DNA of 64,000 nucleotides, from contig DATFHB010000084.1 in NCBI GenBank assembly GCA_035248845.1, forward strand, positions 20,481-84,480, read 5' to 3'. Of the stretch, positions 53,515 to 64,000 are shown piece after piece; position 1 is the first letter of the stretch, and the number at the start of each line of letters is the position of its first letter. The position numbers were made by a program, and so were the translations under genes. The DNA is from Amycolatopsis sp. (GTDB lineage: Bacteria > Actinomycetota > Actinomycetes > Mycobacteriales > Pseudonocardiaceae). The notes below the pieces were generated by a model. That model had not been told where the DNA came from. It worked only from the letters and a program-made list of their open reading frames with translations, and did no database searches.

Positions 53515-55335
53515 ATGCAACACGATCTCCCCGGAGGTCGGCATGAAGAAGCCGACCCTTCAGAGACGACTGGAGCTGGAACGACGCCGGACGAACAGGC
53601 GCGGCAGATGCGATTCCTTGAGGAGGAAGTGGCATTGCTGCGGAGGAAACTGACCGATTCACCTCGCCAGAACCGCGTGCTGGAGCAGCGCCTCGCCGAG
53701 GCGTCCGAGCGAGTGGCTCAGCTCACCGAGCGCAACAGCAAACTGGTGGAGACCTTGCGCGAGGCGCGCGGGCAGTTGCTCGCGCTCCGCGAGGAGGTAG
53801 ACCGGCTCGCGCAGCCACCCAGCGGCTACGGCGTGTTCGTCGCGGCGTACGAGGACAACACGGTGGACGTGTTCACCGCGGGCCGCAAGATGCGGGTATC
53901 CGTATCCCCGGCGGTGGAGATCGACTCGCTTCAGCGTGGTCAGGCGCTGCGGCTCAACGAGGCGCTCACGGTCGTCGAGGGTGGCGGCTTCGAGCGCACC
54001 GGTGAGGTGTGCGCGCTCCGTGAGGTGCTCGCACCCGAGGTCGAGAGCGGCCCTTCGCGCGCGCTGGTCGTCGGGCACGCCGACGAGGAGCGCGTGGTCT
54101 GGCTCTCCGATCCGCTGGCCGCGGAACCGCTCAAGCCGGGCGACTCGGTGCTGGTCGACTCGAAGGCGGGCTATGCCTACGAGCGTGTCCCGAAGGCCGA
54201 GGTCGAGGATCTCGTGCTGGAGGAGGTGCCGGACGTCCGGTATGAGGATATCGGTGGGCTGGGCAGGCAGATCGAGCAGATCCGCGACGCCGTGGAGCTG
54301 CCGTTCCTGCATGCCGATCTCTACCGCGAGTACGAGCTCCGGCCGCCCAAGGGTGTGCTGCTCTACGGTCCGCCCGGCTGTGGCAAGACGCTGATCGCGA
54401 AGGCCGTGGCCAACTCGCTGGCGAAGAAGGTTGCCGAGGCGAAGGGACACAAGGACGCCGCGAGCGGTGCTGTCGAGGCCAAGTCCTACTTCCTCAACAT
54501 CAAGGGCCCCGAGCTGCTGAACAAGTTCGTCGGGGAGACCGAGCGCAGTATCCGGCTCATCTTCCAGCGGGCACGGGAAAAGGCCTCCGACGGCACTCCC
54601 GTGATCGTGTTCTTCGACGAGATGGAGTCGATCTTCCGTACCCGCGGCAGCGGCGTGTCCTCCGACGTGGAGACCACGATCGTGCCGCAGCTGCTGTCGG
54701 AGATCGACGGTGTCGAAGGGCTGGAGAACGTCATCGTCATCGGCGCCTCCAACCGGGAGGACATGATCGACCCGGCGATCCTGCGGCCGGGCCGGCTGGA
54801 CGTGAAGATCAAGATCGAGCGTCCGGACGCCGAGGGTGCCAAGGACATCTTCTCGAAGTACCTGACCAAGGGTCTGCCGATCCACGCCGACGACCTCACC
54901 GAGTTCGGTGGGGACGCGCAGGCCACGTTCGACGCGATGATCCAGCACACGGTCGAGCGGATGTACGAGGAGACCGACGAGAACCGGTTCCTGGAGGTCA
55001 CCTACGCCAACGGGGACAAGGAGATTCTCTACTTCCGTGACTTCAACTCGGGCGCGATGATCCAGAACATCGTGGACCGGGCGAAGAAGTCGGCGATCAA
55101 GTCGGTGCTGGAGACGCAGCAGCCGGGTCTGCGCGTGCAGCATCTCCTCGACGCGATCGTGGACGAGTTCGCGGAGAACGAGGACCTGCCGAACACGACG
55201 AACCCCGACGACTGGGCGCGGATCTCCGGCAAGAAGGGCGAGCGGATCGTCTACATCCGCACGCTCGTCACCGGCAAGAACCAGGACTCGGGCCGCGTCA
55301 TCGACACCGCCACCAACACGGGGCAGTACCTGTAG
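53515..55335 (+). CDS. arc: Proteasome ATPase ARC/Mpa
   Basis: N-terminal coiled coil, [15 protein letters not shown]-terminal GQYL. Confidence 0.97.
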   Translation: MQHDLPGGRHEEADPSETTGAGTTPDEQARQMRFLEEEVALLRRKLTDSPRQNRVLEQRLAEASERVAQLTERNSKLVETLREARGQLLALREEVDRLAQPPSGYGVFVAAYEDNTVDVFTAGRKMRVSVSPAVEIDSLQRGQALRLNEALTVVEGGGFERTGEVCALREVLAPEVESGPSRALVVGHADEERVVWLSDPLAAEPLKPGDSVLVDSKAGYAYERVPKAEVEDLVLEEVPDVRYEDIGGLGRQIEQIRDAVELPFLHADLYREYELRPPKGVLLYGPPGCGKTLIAKAVANSLAKKVAEAKGHKDAASGAVEAKSYFLNIKGPELLNKFVGETERSIRLIFQRAREKASDGTPVIVFFDEMESIFRTRGSGVSSDVETTIVPQLLSEIDGVEGLENVIVIGASNREDMIDPAILRPGRLDVKIKIERPDAEGAKDIFSKYLTKGLPIHADDLTEFGGDAQATFDAMIQHTVERMYEETDENRFLEVTYANGDKEILYFRDFNSGAMIQNIVDRAKKSAIKSVLETQQPGLRVQHLLDAIVDEFAENEDLPNTTNPDDWARISGKKGERIVYIRTLVTGKNQDSGRVIDTATNTGQYL

Positions 55336-55345
55336 CGGGGCACGA

Positions 55346-55383
55346 GCGGGGGCCGCCGGTCACACCAGGCCGGCGGCCCCCGC
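55346..55383 (+). terminator. Hairpin after arc
   Basis: GCGGGGGCCGCCGG/CCGGCGGCCCCCGC. Confidence 0.65.
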
Positions 55384-55429
55384 GTGTCGTGGCACACCGC
55401 GGTTGTATAACGCCCTATACTCTCGGGTT

Positions 55430-55774
55430 GTGAGCGAGCCCGAAGGAGAGCGTCCGCGCGCGCCGATCACCGCCGCGGAGGTGCTGGCCTGGCTGGAGCA
55501 CACCGCGCAAGCGGTGCGGGCCGGTGACCTGCACGCCGACGACCTGATCGCCGTGCTGGGGGAGTTGCGCCAGGCTTCGGCGGCGTGCGCCGACGCGTCC
55601 GACTGGGCGCTGCTGGCCGCGCGCGAGGAAGGTGCGAGCCTGCGGCAGATTGCGCCCGTCTTCGGCAAGGGCTACGTGCGGGCGCCCGCGGCGCGGCTGG
55701 AGAAGCTGCACCGCCAGGCGCTGAACGCGGACCAGTGGCTGGAAGTCCTGCGGCAGCGCACATTCGGTGTATAA
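55430..55774 (+). CDS. Small hypothetical protein with HTH-like segment
   Basis: GC-rich codon usage; AREEGASLRQIAPVFG; likely leaderless GTG. Confidence 0.65.
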   Translation: MSEPEGERPRAPITAAEVLAWLEHTAQAVRAGDLHADDLIAVLGELRQASAACADASDWALLAAREEGASLRQIAPVFGKGYVRAPAARLEKLHRQALNADQWLEVLRQRTFGV

Positions 55775-55847
55775 CGTCCTACGCGCCGCGGCGCGATAAG
55801 GTCCCAATCCAGGCGTAGCGGAGAAAAGGCGCGGAGAGGGGACAACC

Positions 55848-56774
55848 CTGCGAATCGGACTCGGTCTGGCCGCGCTCGGGCGGCCCGCGTACATCAATCT
55901 GGGCAGGTCGGAGGCGTTGCCGGCGGATCGCGGTGTCGAGTCCCTGCGCCAAGTGACGTACGACGTGCTCGACACCGCGTACCGCGCCGGTGTGCGCTGG
56001 GTCGATGTCGCCCGCTCCTACGGCAAGGCCGAAGAGTTTCTGGCCGCCTGGCTGACCCGGCGCGGGCACACCGACGTCACCGTCTCGAGCAAGTGGGGTT
56101 ACACCTACGTCGGCGCGTGGCGGATGGATGCGGCCATGCACGAGGTCAAGGAACACTCGGCGAGCGGCTTTTCGCGGCAGTGGTCGGAAAGCCGGGCACT
56201 GCTCGGGCCCGCGATCAACCTCTACCAGGTGCATTCCCTGACGATGGACAGCCCACTGTTCTCCGACGAGCCGTTGCTGCGCGCGCTGGCGGCGCTGACC
56301 GACGACGGCGTACGCGTCGGGTTCTCCACGTCGGGGCCGCGGCAGAGCGCGGTGATCCGGCGCGCGCTGGGCCTGGAAGTCGCCGGGCGGCCGGTGTTCA
56401 CGGCCGTCCAGTCGACGTGGAACCTGCTGGAGCCCTCGGCCGGCCGGGCGCTGGCGGAGGCGCACCGGGCCGGGAACCTGGTGCTGGTGAAGGAAAGCAT
56501 GGCCAACGGCAGGCTGGCGGTCGAAGGGGCGGCCGTGCTGGGGCGGATCGCGGAGCGGCACGGGGTCGGGCCGGACGCGATCGCGGTCGCCGCGGTGCTC
56601 GCCCGGCCGTGGGCCGGGACTGTGCTGGTCGGCCCGTCGAGTCCCGCCCAGCTGGCGGCCAACCTCGCCGCGACCCGGGTAACGCTGTCCGAGGGTGAGC
56701 TGCGCGCGCTCGCGACACTCGCCCAGCCGCCGGGGGAGTACTGGCGTCGGCGGTCCTCTTTGCATTGGCGCTGA
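55848..56774 (+). CDS. Aldo/keto reductase, probable CTG start
   Basis: LRIGLGLAALGRPAYINLG, DVARSYG, SSKWG, YQVHS; in-frame TAA at 55797 and no ATG/GTG/TTG before the conserved N-terminus. Confidence 0.8.
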   Translation: MRIGLGLAALGRPAYINLGRSEALPADRGVESLRQVTYDVLDTAYRAGVRWVDVARSYGKAEEFLAAWLTRRGHTDVTVSSKWGYTYVGAWRMDAAMHEVKEHSASGFSRQWSESRALLGPAINLYQVHSLTMDSPLFSDEPLLRALAALTDDGVRVGFSTSGPRQSAVIRRALGLEVAGRPVFTAVQSTWNLLEPSAGRALAEAHRAGNLVLVKESMANGRLAVEGAAVLGRIAERHGVGPDAIAVAAVLARPWAGTVLVGPSSPAQLAANLAATRVTLSEGELRALATLAQPPGEYWRRRSSLHWR

Positions 56775-56827
56775 ACGGCTCCGCTACTCTCGGCGCCTAT
56801 TGCGCGAACACGAAGGAGAACCACACG

Positions 56828-57445
56828 GTGCGTCACGGGCGGGGTGTGGTCCTGGCCGCGGTTCTGCTGACCGGAGTGACCGGTTGCGCCGACCGTCCGA
56901 ATGACCTCGAGACCTACTACGACAAGCAGGGCGCTTCGCCGTCGGCCACGACACCGTCCCCTGGGCCGAACACCGCCGCTTCGCGCACCTCTACGGCCCC
57001 TTCGCCGAGCGCGCAGACCGCCATCGCAGACCAGGTCGCCGACGCGGTGCTGACGAAGGACGATCTCCTCCGCGAGGGCCTGCGAGCGGCGACCACGCAG
57101 ATCGACAGCGGCGTGTGTTTCCTCGCAGTGCCCTCCGGTGATCCGCGCGGCGCGAGCTGGACCTACTCGAGTGGTTCGTCGCTGCTGCAGCAGGTGACGG
57201 GCTACCTCGACCGGACGGCGAGCGCGGTGCTGGGGGAAGTGCGCTGCGACGGGCAGCAGCTGACCGTCGCGCTGCCCAGCGGCGCGGAGTCGGTGCGGGC
57301 CTGGTGCCAGGGCCCGACGTGCACGGTGCTGCTCGCGGGCGGGCATGTGCTGTCCGGTCTTCAGGTCACGGCCAGCACCGCGGCCCGGGCTTCGGACGCG
57401 GTGAAGAGCTTGGCTCCGTTGGCGGCGAAGAAGCTCCCGGCTTAA
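56828..57445 (+). CDS. Putative lipoprotein
   Basis: SD AAGGAG, signal peptide with lipobox VTGC, Ser/Thr/Pro linker, 4 further Cys. Confidence 0.75.
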   Translation: MRHGRGVVLAAVLLTGVTGCADRPNDLETYYDKQGASPSATTPSPGPNTAASRTSTAPSPSAQTAIADQVADAVLTKDDLLREGLRAATTQIDSGVCFLAVPSGDPRGASWTYSSGSSLLQQVTGYLDRTASAVLGEVRCDGQQLTVALPSGAESVRAWCQGPTCTVLLAGGHVLSGLQVTASTAARASDAVKSLAPLAAKKLPA

Positions 57446-57471
57446 CGCCCCGGCGGCGATCACACCGCCGT

Positions 57472-57581
57472 TCAGCAGTCGTCCCGGCAGTCGTACAGCC
57501 CCGGGAACACGTCCTTGTCGGGCGAGCGCAGGTGCGGCTGAGCGCTCTCACCGCGACGAGCTGGTCGGCGCCGGACTGCAT
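57472..57581 (-). pseudogene. Remnant of a NUDIX hydrolase gene
   Basis: SD AAGGGAGG + ATG, MQSGADQLVAV, then shifted-frame HLRSPDKDVFPGLYDC; Nudix box absent. Confidence 0.55.
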
Positions 57582-57683
57582 GGCGGCCTCCCTTCCGCGG
57601 CAGACTAAGGCGGGCGGGTGGTTTACGCGGTCGCAACCCACACGCCACTCACTGTCGTCTGCTCGGACCCGTACGCTTGGGGC

Positions 57684-59186
57684 ATGCGGCGGATCATGGG
57701 AACCGAGGTCGAGTACGGCATCGCCGTACCGGGCGACGCGACGGCGAACCCGGTGCTGACCTCGACGCAGGTGGTGCTGGCCTACGCGGCCGCGGCCGAC
57801 ATCCCGCGGGCCCGTCGTGCCCGCTGGGACTACGAGGTGGAGTCCCCGCTGCGTGACGCGCGCGGGTTCGACCTCGCGGGCCCTGGCGGGCCCGGTCACG
57901 ACCCCGACGTCGAGGACCTCGGTGCCGCCAACGTCATCCTGACCAACGGGGCCCGGCTCTACGTCGACCACGCCCACCCCGAGTACTCCGCGCCCGAGGT
58001 CACCAACGCCCGCGACGCGGTGATCTGGGACAAGGCCGGCGAACGGGTCATGGAGCAGGCGGCGATGAAGGCCGCCACCGTGCCCGGCCAGCCACCGTTA
58101 CAGCTGTACAAGAACAACGTGGACGGCAAGGGCGCGAGCTACGGCACCCACGAGAACTACCTGATGTCGCGCGCTACCCCGTTCACCTCGGTGATCGGCG
58201 GGCTTACTCCGTTCTTCGCCTCGCGCCAGGTCATGACCGGCTCCGGCCGTGTCGGCCTCGGCCCGCAGGGCGAGGAGCCCGGCTTCCAGCTGTCCCAGCG
58301 GTCGGACTACATCGAGGTCGAGGTCGGGCTGGAGACCACGCTCAAGCGCGGCATCATCAACACCCGCGACGAGCCCCACGCCGACGCCGACAAGTACCGG
58401 CGCCTGCACGTGATCATCGGCGACGCGAACCTGGCCGAATACTCGACGTACCTCAAGCTCGGCACCACCTCGCTGGTGCTGGACATGATCGAGGCCGGAC
58501 AGCGGTTCGACGACCTCAAGCTCGACGAGCCGGTCCGTGCGGTGCACCAGATCAGCCACGACCCGACGCTGAAGACGAAGGTCTCGCTGGCGGGCGGCAA
58601 GAAGTACACCGGGCTGGACATCCAGTTCGCGTACCACGAGCTGGCCTCGGCGCATATCGACCGCGAGGGCGGTGACGAGCAGTCCAAGGAGGTCCTGCGT
58701 GTGTGGGGCGAGATCCTCGACGCGCTGGCCCGCGACCCCGCCGAATGCGCCGATCGCCTCGACTGGCCGGCCAAGCTGCGGCTGCTGGAAGGCTACCGGC
58801 AGCGCGACAACCTCGGCTGGGCCGCGCCGCGGCTGCACCTGGTGGACCTGCAGTACTCCGACGTCCGGCTGGACAAGGGCCTGTACAACCGGCTGGTCAC
58901 GCGCGGTTCGATGAAACGCCTGGTCAGCGAGGAGGAGGTGCAGGCGGCGATCACCAGCCCGCCGCTGGACACTCGCGCCTACTTCCGCGGCCGCACGCTG
59001 GAGAAGTACGCGACCTCGATCGCGGCCGCGTCGTGGGATTCGGTGATTTTCGACGTGGGCAAGGAGTCCCTGGTCCGGATCCCCACGCTGGAGCCGCTGC
59101 GGGGCACGAAAGCGCACGTCGGAAGGCTTCTGGACGAGTCGGCGACCGCGGAGGAACTGGTCGAGGCGCTCACCGGCAGCGACTAA
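57684..59186 (+). CDS. dop: Depupylase/deamidase
   Basis: [37 protein letters not shown]; leaderless -10 TACGCT. Confidence 0.97.
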   Translation: MRRIMGTEVEYGIAVPGDATANPVLTSTQVVLAYAAAADIPRARRARWDYEVESPLRDARGFDLAGPGGPGHDPDVEDLGAANVILTNGARLYVDHAHPEYSAPEVTNARDAVIWDKAGERVMEQAAMKAATVPGQPPLQLYKNNVDGKGASYGTHENYLMSRATPFTSVIGGLTPFFASRQVMTGSGRVGLGPQGEEPGFQLSQRSDYIEVEVGLETTLKRGIINTRDEPHADADKYRRLHVIIGDANLAEYSTYLKLGTTSLVLDMIEAGQRFDDLKLDEPVRAVHQISHDPTLKTKVSLAGGKKYTGLDIQFAYHELASAHIDREGGDEQSKEVLRVWGEILDALARDPAECADRLDWPAKLRLLEGYRQRDNLGWAAPRLHLVDLQYSDVRLDKGLYNRLVTRGSMKRLVSEEEVQAAITSPPLDTRAYFRGRTLEKYATSIAAASWDSVIFDVGKESLVRIPTLEPLRGTKAHVGRLLDESATAEELVEALTGSD

Positions 59187-59211
59187 CCGTTTCCCCGGCG
59201 ATACCCCCGAT

Positions 59212-59233
59212 TGTCAGAGTCACTGGGTAGGCT
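59212..59233 (+). promoter_or_regulatory. PafBC promoter motif upstream of pup
   Basis: TGTCAG-N10-TAGGCT. Confidence 0.65.
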
Positions 59234-59260
59234 AGAACCAACAGCTCACCGGGAGGCGAG

Positions 59261-59455
59261 ATGGCTCAGGAAAAGATCGAAAAGCACGGCGGCGGCGACT
59301 CCGACGAGGAAATCGAGGGCGGTGCCCCCGCCGGCCAGGAACGCCGGGAGAAGCTCGGCGAGGACGTCGACACGATCCTCGACGAGATCGACGACGTGCT
59401 GGAGGAGAACGCCGAGGACTTCGTGCGCGCCTACGTGCAAAAGGGCGGCGAGTAG
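59261..59455 (+). CDS. pup: Prokaryotic ubiquitin-like protein (GGE end)
   Basis: LDEIDDVLEENAEDFVRAYVQKGGE. Confidence 0.98.
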   Translation: MAQEKIEKHGGGDSDEEIEGGAPAGQERREKLGEDVDTILDEIDDVLEENAEDFVRAYVQKGGE

Positions 59456-59636
59456 CGCACAGCGGTCCGGCCACTAGGCTTCACCACCGACGCTTGCCAA
59501 TCCGACCGAAAGTAGGTTGAGCCGATCAACGGAAGCCGGGCTGCGCGACGTCGATCGCCCGGGACTGCCGGTCGGATTGGTCATGAACAGCACAGTAAGC
59601 CCCACCCACCCGCGTTGATGGGAATCACGAGCACGC

Positions 59637-60491
59637 ATGGAAAACACTTCGGGCATCTCGGGTTCGGCGCTGCCCGCGGCCTACTTCTCGAGTACGACGT
59701 CGTCGTTCACCGAGTTCCTCCGGGTGCAGGCACCTGACCTGTTGCCGGGGCACGGGCCCGCGGCGGGGTCGCGCGGGGTGGACGTCCCGCACGGCACCAC
59801 GATCGTCGCCGTCACCTTCGCCGGTGGCGTGCTGATCGCCGGTGACCGGCGGGCCACGTCGGGCAACCTCATCGCTTCGCGCGACATGCAGAAGATCATG
59901 GTCGCCGACGAGTACTCGGCGGTCGGCATCGCCGGCACAGCGGGCATCGGGGTGGAACTCGCCCGCCTCTACTCGGTCGAGCTCGCGCACTACGAGAAGA
60001 TCGAGGGCGTCCCGCTGTCGCTGGACGGCAAGACGAACAAGCTCGCCAACATGGTCAAGGGCAACCTGGACGCGGCCATGGCGGGCCTGGTGGCGCTGCC
60101 GCTGTTCGTCGGCTACGACACCGAGGCCGACGACCCGAAGCGCGCCGGGCGCATCGTGTCCTTCGACGTGGCCGGCGGCCGCTACGAGGAGCACGCGGGC
60201 TACCACTCGATCGGGTCGGGCTCCGTGTTCGCGAAGTCGTCGCTGAAGAAGCTCTACGACCCCGACGCCGACGAGGAGGCCGCCATCCGCTCCGCGGTGG
60301 AGGCCATCTACGACGCCGCCGACGACGACACCGCGTCGGCGGGCCCGGACATGGTGCGCCGGATCTTCCCGACCGTCATCACCGTCACGGCCGAGCACGG
60401 CGCCGAGCACCTGTCGGCGGAGCAGGCCGCCGCGGTCGCCGAGGCCGTGGTGCGCGACCGCACCGAGCGGGCCGTGCAGGGCCGCAGCTGA
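59637..60491 (+). CDS. prcB: 20S proteasome beta subunit
   Basis: Propeptide then HG|TTIVA, GDRRAT, GSGS. Confidence 0.96.
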   Translation: MENTSGISGSALPAAYFSSTTSSFTEFLRVQAPDLLPGHGPAAGSRGVDVPHGTTIVAVTFAGGVLIAGDRRATSGNLIASRDMQKIMVADEYSAVGIAGTAGIGVELARLYSVELAHYEKIEGVPLSLDGKTNKLANMVKGNLDAAMAGLVALPLFVGYDTEADDPKRAGRIVSFDVAGGRYEEHAGYHSIGSGSVFAKSSLKKLYDPDADEEAAIRSAVEAIYDAADDDTASAGPDMVRRIFPTVITVTAEHGAEHLSAEQAAAVAEAVVRDRTERAVQGRS

Positions 60492-60537
60492 TCAGCCCAC
60501 CCGACCAGCCTCACCGAGCATTTTTGGAGTCCACACC

Positions 60538-61287
60538 GTGACGATGCCGCTGTATGCCTCCCCCGAGCAGTTGATGCGCGAGCGCTCGGAGCTCGCTCGC
60601 AAGGGCATCGCGCGCGGGCGCAGTGTCGTCGTGCTCAAGTATTCGGGCGGCCTGCTGTTCGTCGCCGAGAACCCGTCCACCACGCTGCACAAGTTCTCCG
60701 AGATCTACGACCGGATCGGGTTCGCCGCCGTGGGCCGGTACAGCGAGTTCGAGAACCTGCGGGTGGCCGGCATCCGGCACGCCGACCTCAAGGGCTACCA
60801 GTACGACCGGCGGGATGTCAGCGCGAGGGCACTGGCCAACGCCTACGCGGCCACGCTGGGCAGCATCTTCACCGAGCAGCTCAAGCCGTACGAGGTGGAG
60901 ATCTGCGTCGCGGAGGTCGGCGCCAGCTCGGTGGAGGACCAGCTGTTCCGGCTCACCTACGACGGTTCGATCTTCGACGAGCCGCAGTTCGTGGTGATGG
61001 GCGGGCAGACTGAGCCGATCGTGAACAAACTCAAGGAAAGCTTCGAGGACGACTTCGACCTCGAGCACGCCCTGCCGATGGCGGTGCAGGCCCTGCGGTC
61101 CACGTCGCCGAACAATGGAGACTCCGAACCGGTGAAGCTCGAGGTCGCGGTGCTGGACCGCACCCGGCCACGGCGGGCGTTCCGCCGGATCGCCGGTGCG
61201 GCGCTGGACGCGCTGCTGCCGGCGCCGGCCGAGCCCGAGCCGGACTCCGGCGACAAGCCGGCCGAGAAGGGCGACGCCGAGAGCTGA
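60538..61287 (+). CDS. prcA: 20S proteasome alpha subunit
   Basis: [37 protein letters not shown]. Confidence 0.96.
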   Translation: MTMPLYASPEQLMRERSELARKGIARGRSVVVLKYSGGLLFVAENPSTTLHKFSEIYDRIGFAAVGRYSEFENLRVAGIRHADLKGYQYDRRDVSARALANAYAATLGSIFTEQLKPYEVEICVAEVGASSVEDQLFRLTYDGSIFDEPQFVVMGGQTEPIVNKLKESFEDDFDLEHALPMAVQALRSTSPNNGDSEPVKLEVAVLDRTRPRRAFRRIAGAALDALLPAPAEPEPDSGDKPAEKGDAES

Positions 61288-61303
61288 CGATCACGATTTC
61301 GCC

Positions 61304-61349
61304 AAGGCCTGCCCTGCTTGCGTCGGAAAGACCAGGCAGGGTGGGCCTT
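61304..61349 (+). terminator. Hairpin after prcA
   Basis: AAGGCCTGCCCTGCTTG/CAGGCAGGGTGGGCCTT. Confidence 0.6.
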
Positions 61350-61453
61350 TGTGGCGTTCGGACAGCCCCCGAGCCGCCCGGAGATCGAGATCGCGGCGTG
61401 TCGCCGCCCGAACGGCGCACCTGTCCGAGACCGAAAGCGCTTAGCATTGAGTA

Positions 61454-62812
61454 ATGCAGCGGCGGATATTTGGCATCGAGACTGAGTTCGGCGTCACATG
61501 CACCTTTCACGGGCAGCGCCGACTTTCTCCCGATGAGGTGGCCAGGTACCTGTTCCGGCGGGTCGTGTCCTGGGGGCGCTCGTCGAACGTGTTCCTGTCC
61601 AACGGGTCCAGGTTGTACCTGGACGTGGGCTCCCACCCGGAGTACGCGACGGCGGAGTGCGACGACCTCGTGCAGCTGGTCACCCACGACAAGGCCGGCG
61701 AGCGGATCCTGGAGGACCTGCTCGTCGACGCCGAGCGGCGGCTGGCCGACGAGGGCATCGGCGGCGACATCTTCCTGTTCAAGAACAACACCGACTCGGC
61801 GGGCAACTCCTATGGGTGCCACGAGAACTACCTCGTCACCCGGGCGGGTGAGTTCTCGCGGATCGCCGACGTGCTGCTGCCGTTCCTGGTGACCCGCCAG
61901 CTGATTTGCGGTGCCGGCAAGGTGCTGCAGACGCCTCGGGGAGCCGTGTACTGCCTGTCGCAGCGGGCGGAGCACATCTGGGAAGGCGTTTCGAGCGCCA
62001 CCACACGGTCGCGGCCGATCATCAACACGCGCGACGAGCCGCACGCGGACGCCGAGCGGTATCGCCGGCTGCACGTGATCGTCGGCGACTCGAACATGGC
62101 CGAGCCCACCACGCTGCTGAAGATCGGCAGCGCGAACCTGGTGCTGGAGATGATCGAGCAGGGCGTGCAGTTCCGGGACTTCACGCTGGACAACCCGATC
62201 CGGGCGATCCGCGAGATCAGCCACGACCTGACCGGGCGGCGGCCGGTGCGACTGGCGGGCGGGCGTGAGGCGTCGGCGCTGGACATCCAGCGCGAGTACT
62301 ACGGGCGCGCCGTGCAGCACGTGAAGGCCAACGATTCGGGCCCGACCGCCCAGCGCGTCATCGAGCTGTGGGGCCGCGCGCTCGACGCCGTCGAGGAGCA
62401 GGACTTCAGCAAGATCGACACCGAGATCGACTGGGCGATCAAGCACCGGCTGGTGGAGCGCTACCGGGCCCGCAACAACATGGACCTGTCCAGCCCGCGG
62501 ATAGCGCAGCTCGACCTGGCATACCACGACATCCGGCGCGGCCGGGGCCTGTTCGATCTGTTGCAGCGCAAGGGCTTGGTGCGCCGCATCACCGACGACG
62601 GCGACATCGAAGCCGCGAAGGACACTCCGCCGCAGACCACGCGCGCGAAGCTGCGGGGCGACTTCATCGCGGCCGCGCAGGCGGCGGGCCGCGATTTCAC
62701 GGTCGACTGGGTGCACCTGAAGCTGAACGACCAGGCGCAGCGCACCGTCCTGTGCAAGGACCCGTTCCGCGCGGTCGACGAGCGAGTGGACCGCCTGATC
62801 AGCTCGTTGTAG
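61454..62812 (+). CDS. pafA: Pup-protein ligase
   Basis: [41 protein letters not shown]; leaderless -10 TAGCAT. Confidence 0.97.
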   Translation: MQRRIFGIETEFGVTCTFHGQRRLSPDEVARYLFRRVVSWGRSSNVFLSNGSRLYLDVGSHPEYATAECDDLVQLVTHDKAGERILEDLLVDAERRLADEGIGGDIFLFKNNTDSAGNSYGCHENYLVTRAGEFSRIADVLLPFLVTRQLICGAGKVLQTPRGAVYCLSQRAEHIWEGVSSATTRSRPIINTRDEPHADAERYRRLHVIVGDSNMAEPTTLLKIGSANLVLEMIEQGVQFRDFTLDNPIRAIREISHDLTGRRPVRLAGGREASALDIQREYYGRAVQHVKANDSGPTAQRVIELWGRALDAVEEQDFSKIDTEIDWAIKHRLVERYRARNNMDLSSPRIAQLDLAYHDIRRGRGLFDLLQRKGLVRRITDDGDIEAAKDTPPQTTRAKLRGDFIAAAQAAGRDFTVDWVHLKLNDQAQRTVLCKDPFRAVDERVDRLISSL

Positions 62813-62816
62813 CAAC

Positions 62817-62848
62817 GAGTACGGCCCCCTCGCGAGGGGGCCGTACTC
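62817..62848. terminator. Perfect 32-bp palindrome between convergent pafA and MMPL genes
   Basis: GAGTACGGCCCCCTCG/CGAGGGGGCCGTACTC. Confidence 0.75.
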
Positions 62849-62855
62849 TGCCGAC

Positions 62856-64000
62856 TCACACGGGCAGCTTCTCGCGCGGCTCCACAACGGTTTCGCTGAC
62901 GCCGAAGCGGTTGTGGAAGCGGCGGAGCGGGCCGGGGGCCCACCAGGCGCGGCGGCCGAGGACGCGCATGCCCGCCGGCAGCAGGATGCCCCGCGCCAGG
63001 GTCGCGTCCAGCAGCACCGCGAGACCGGTGCCGAGGCCGAACATCTGGATGAAGCTCACCCCGCTGGTGCCGAACGCGAACAGGCTGATCGAGAGAAGCA
63101 CGGCCGCCGCGGACACGATCCGGCCGGAGTGCGACAGGCCGTCGATCACCGCCTCGCGCGGGCCCGCGCCACGGTCGCGGGCCTCCTTGATGCGGCTGAT
63201 CACGAACACTTCGTAGTCCATCGACAGTCCGAACGCGATGCAGAACAACAGCATCAGCATGCTCGTGTCCAGCGGCAGCGGCGTGAAGCCGAGGATGCCG
63301 GACCCGAAGCCGCCCTGGAAGATCAGCGTCATCACGCCCAGTGTCGCCGACAGGCTGATCAGGTTGAACAGCAGGGACCGCAGGGGCTGCAGCACGCTGC
63401 CGGTGAACAGGAACAGCACCAGGAACGTGGTCACCGCGATGAGCGCGCCGGCTATCGGCAGCCGGCTTCCGATGGTGTGCTTGCTGTCGGCCAAGGTGGC
63501 CGCGTCACCGCCGACCTTGACGTTCATCGGCGCTGGCAGGGCCCGGATCTTCCCGACCAGCTCCTGGGCCTGATCCGACCGCGAGTCGGCGCTGGTCACG
63601 ACCGTCCAGCGCTGCGCGCCGGGTGCGGCGAGGACGGCGTCGGCGGGGGAGGAGCCCAGCGATCCGCCCTGAGTGAATTCACCGGCGCTCGACGAAACCC
63701 TGCTCACGCCGGGCAGTTGTGACAGCCGCTGGGCATATTCGGCGACGGTGGCCTGGTCCGGCCTGCCTTCGCCGACGACCTGGATCGCGCGGCTGTCGTT
63801 CTGCGGGAAGTGCGCACGCAATGCGTCCCCGACGACGCGGCTGGACGCCGATGTCGGCAGCACTCGCTCGTCCGGGGTGCCGAACTGGACGTTGAAAAGC
63901 GGCACGGCGGCCAGCACCAGCACCGCGAGCACCGGCAGCGCGGCGAGCGCGGGCCGCCGCAGCACGCCGGCCGAGATCCGGGCCCAGAACGGTGACGTCG
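62856..64000 (-). CDS. MMPL/RND-family transporter, 5' part outside window
   Basis: FGLSMDYEVFVISRIKE, GRIVSAAA, LDATLARGILLPA..WWAP. Confidence 0.9.
   Translation of the reverse strand, partial: TSPFWARISAGVLRRPALAALPVLAVLVLAAVPLFNVQFGTPDERVLPTSASSRVVGDALRAHFPQNDSRAIQVVGEGRPDQATVAEYAQRLSQLPGVSRVSSSAGEFTQGGSLGSSPADAVLAAPGAQRWTVVTSADSRSDQAQELVGKIRALPAPMNVKVGGDAATLADSKHTIGSRLPIAGALIAVTTFLVLFLFTGSVLQPLRSLLFNLISLSATLGVMTLIFQGGFGSGILGFTPLPLDTSMLMLLFCIAFGLSMDYEVFVISRIKEARDRGAGPREAVIDGLSHSGRIVSAAAVLLSISLFAFGTSGVSFIQMFGLGTGLAVLLDATLARGILLPAGMRVLGRRAWWAPGPLRRFHNRFGVSETVVEPREKLPV

Noticed and set aside
58097-58099. TTA codon in dop as bldA-type control
   Set aside because: A single codon, and there is no evidence here that bldA-type regulation operates in this lineage

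Overview
High-GC actinobacterial chromosomal window, most consistent with a Pseudonocardiaceae member (Amycolatopsis-like; inferred from gene content and order). It is mostly core genome and largely syntenic with two mycobacterial blocks: acnR/acnA-ripA-moxR-DUF58-vWA-fabG-inhA-hemH, and mshC-PAC2-metH-hisEG-RecB-like nuclease-trmI-arc-dop-pup-prcBA-pafA (the Pup-proteasome locus). Accessory insertions include the ergothioneine cluster egtABCD, an efeO-efeB-phospholipase C operon lacking efeU, a CMD/ECF41 sigma pair, a second AAA+/vWA pair, a GH25 muramidase, an ARE-type ABC-F, a PptH-like phosphoesterase and a methyltransferase. I found no rRNA, tRNA, CRISPR array or intact transposase. The most interesting signals are non-coding or very small: a MIRU-like 38-bp tandem repeat that builds a relay of translationally coupled 13-aa mini-ORFs; AcnR-like operators at both acnA and the divergent acnR/egtA promoter; PHO-box-like repeats before efeOB-plc; a WblC-type promoter with a 3-codon uORF attenuator before the ABC-F; a Pro-rich coupled uORF before the CNNM/CorC pair; a structured orphan element resembling an IS110 non-coding end; a branched RNA structure between pup and prcB; a probable CTG start codon; and several internally deleted gene remnants. 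All family assignments come from motif recognition and recall, not database searches.
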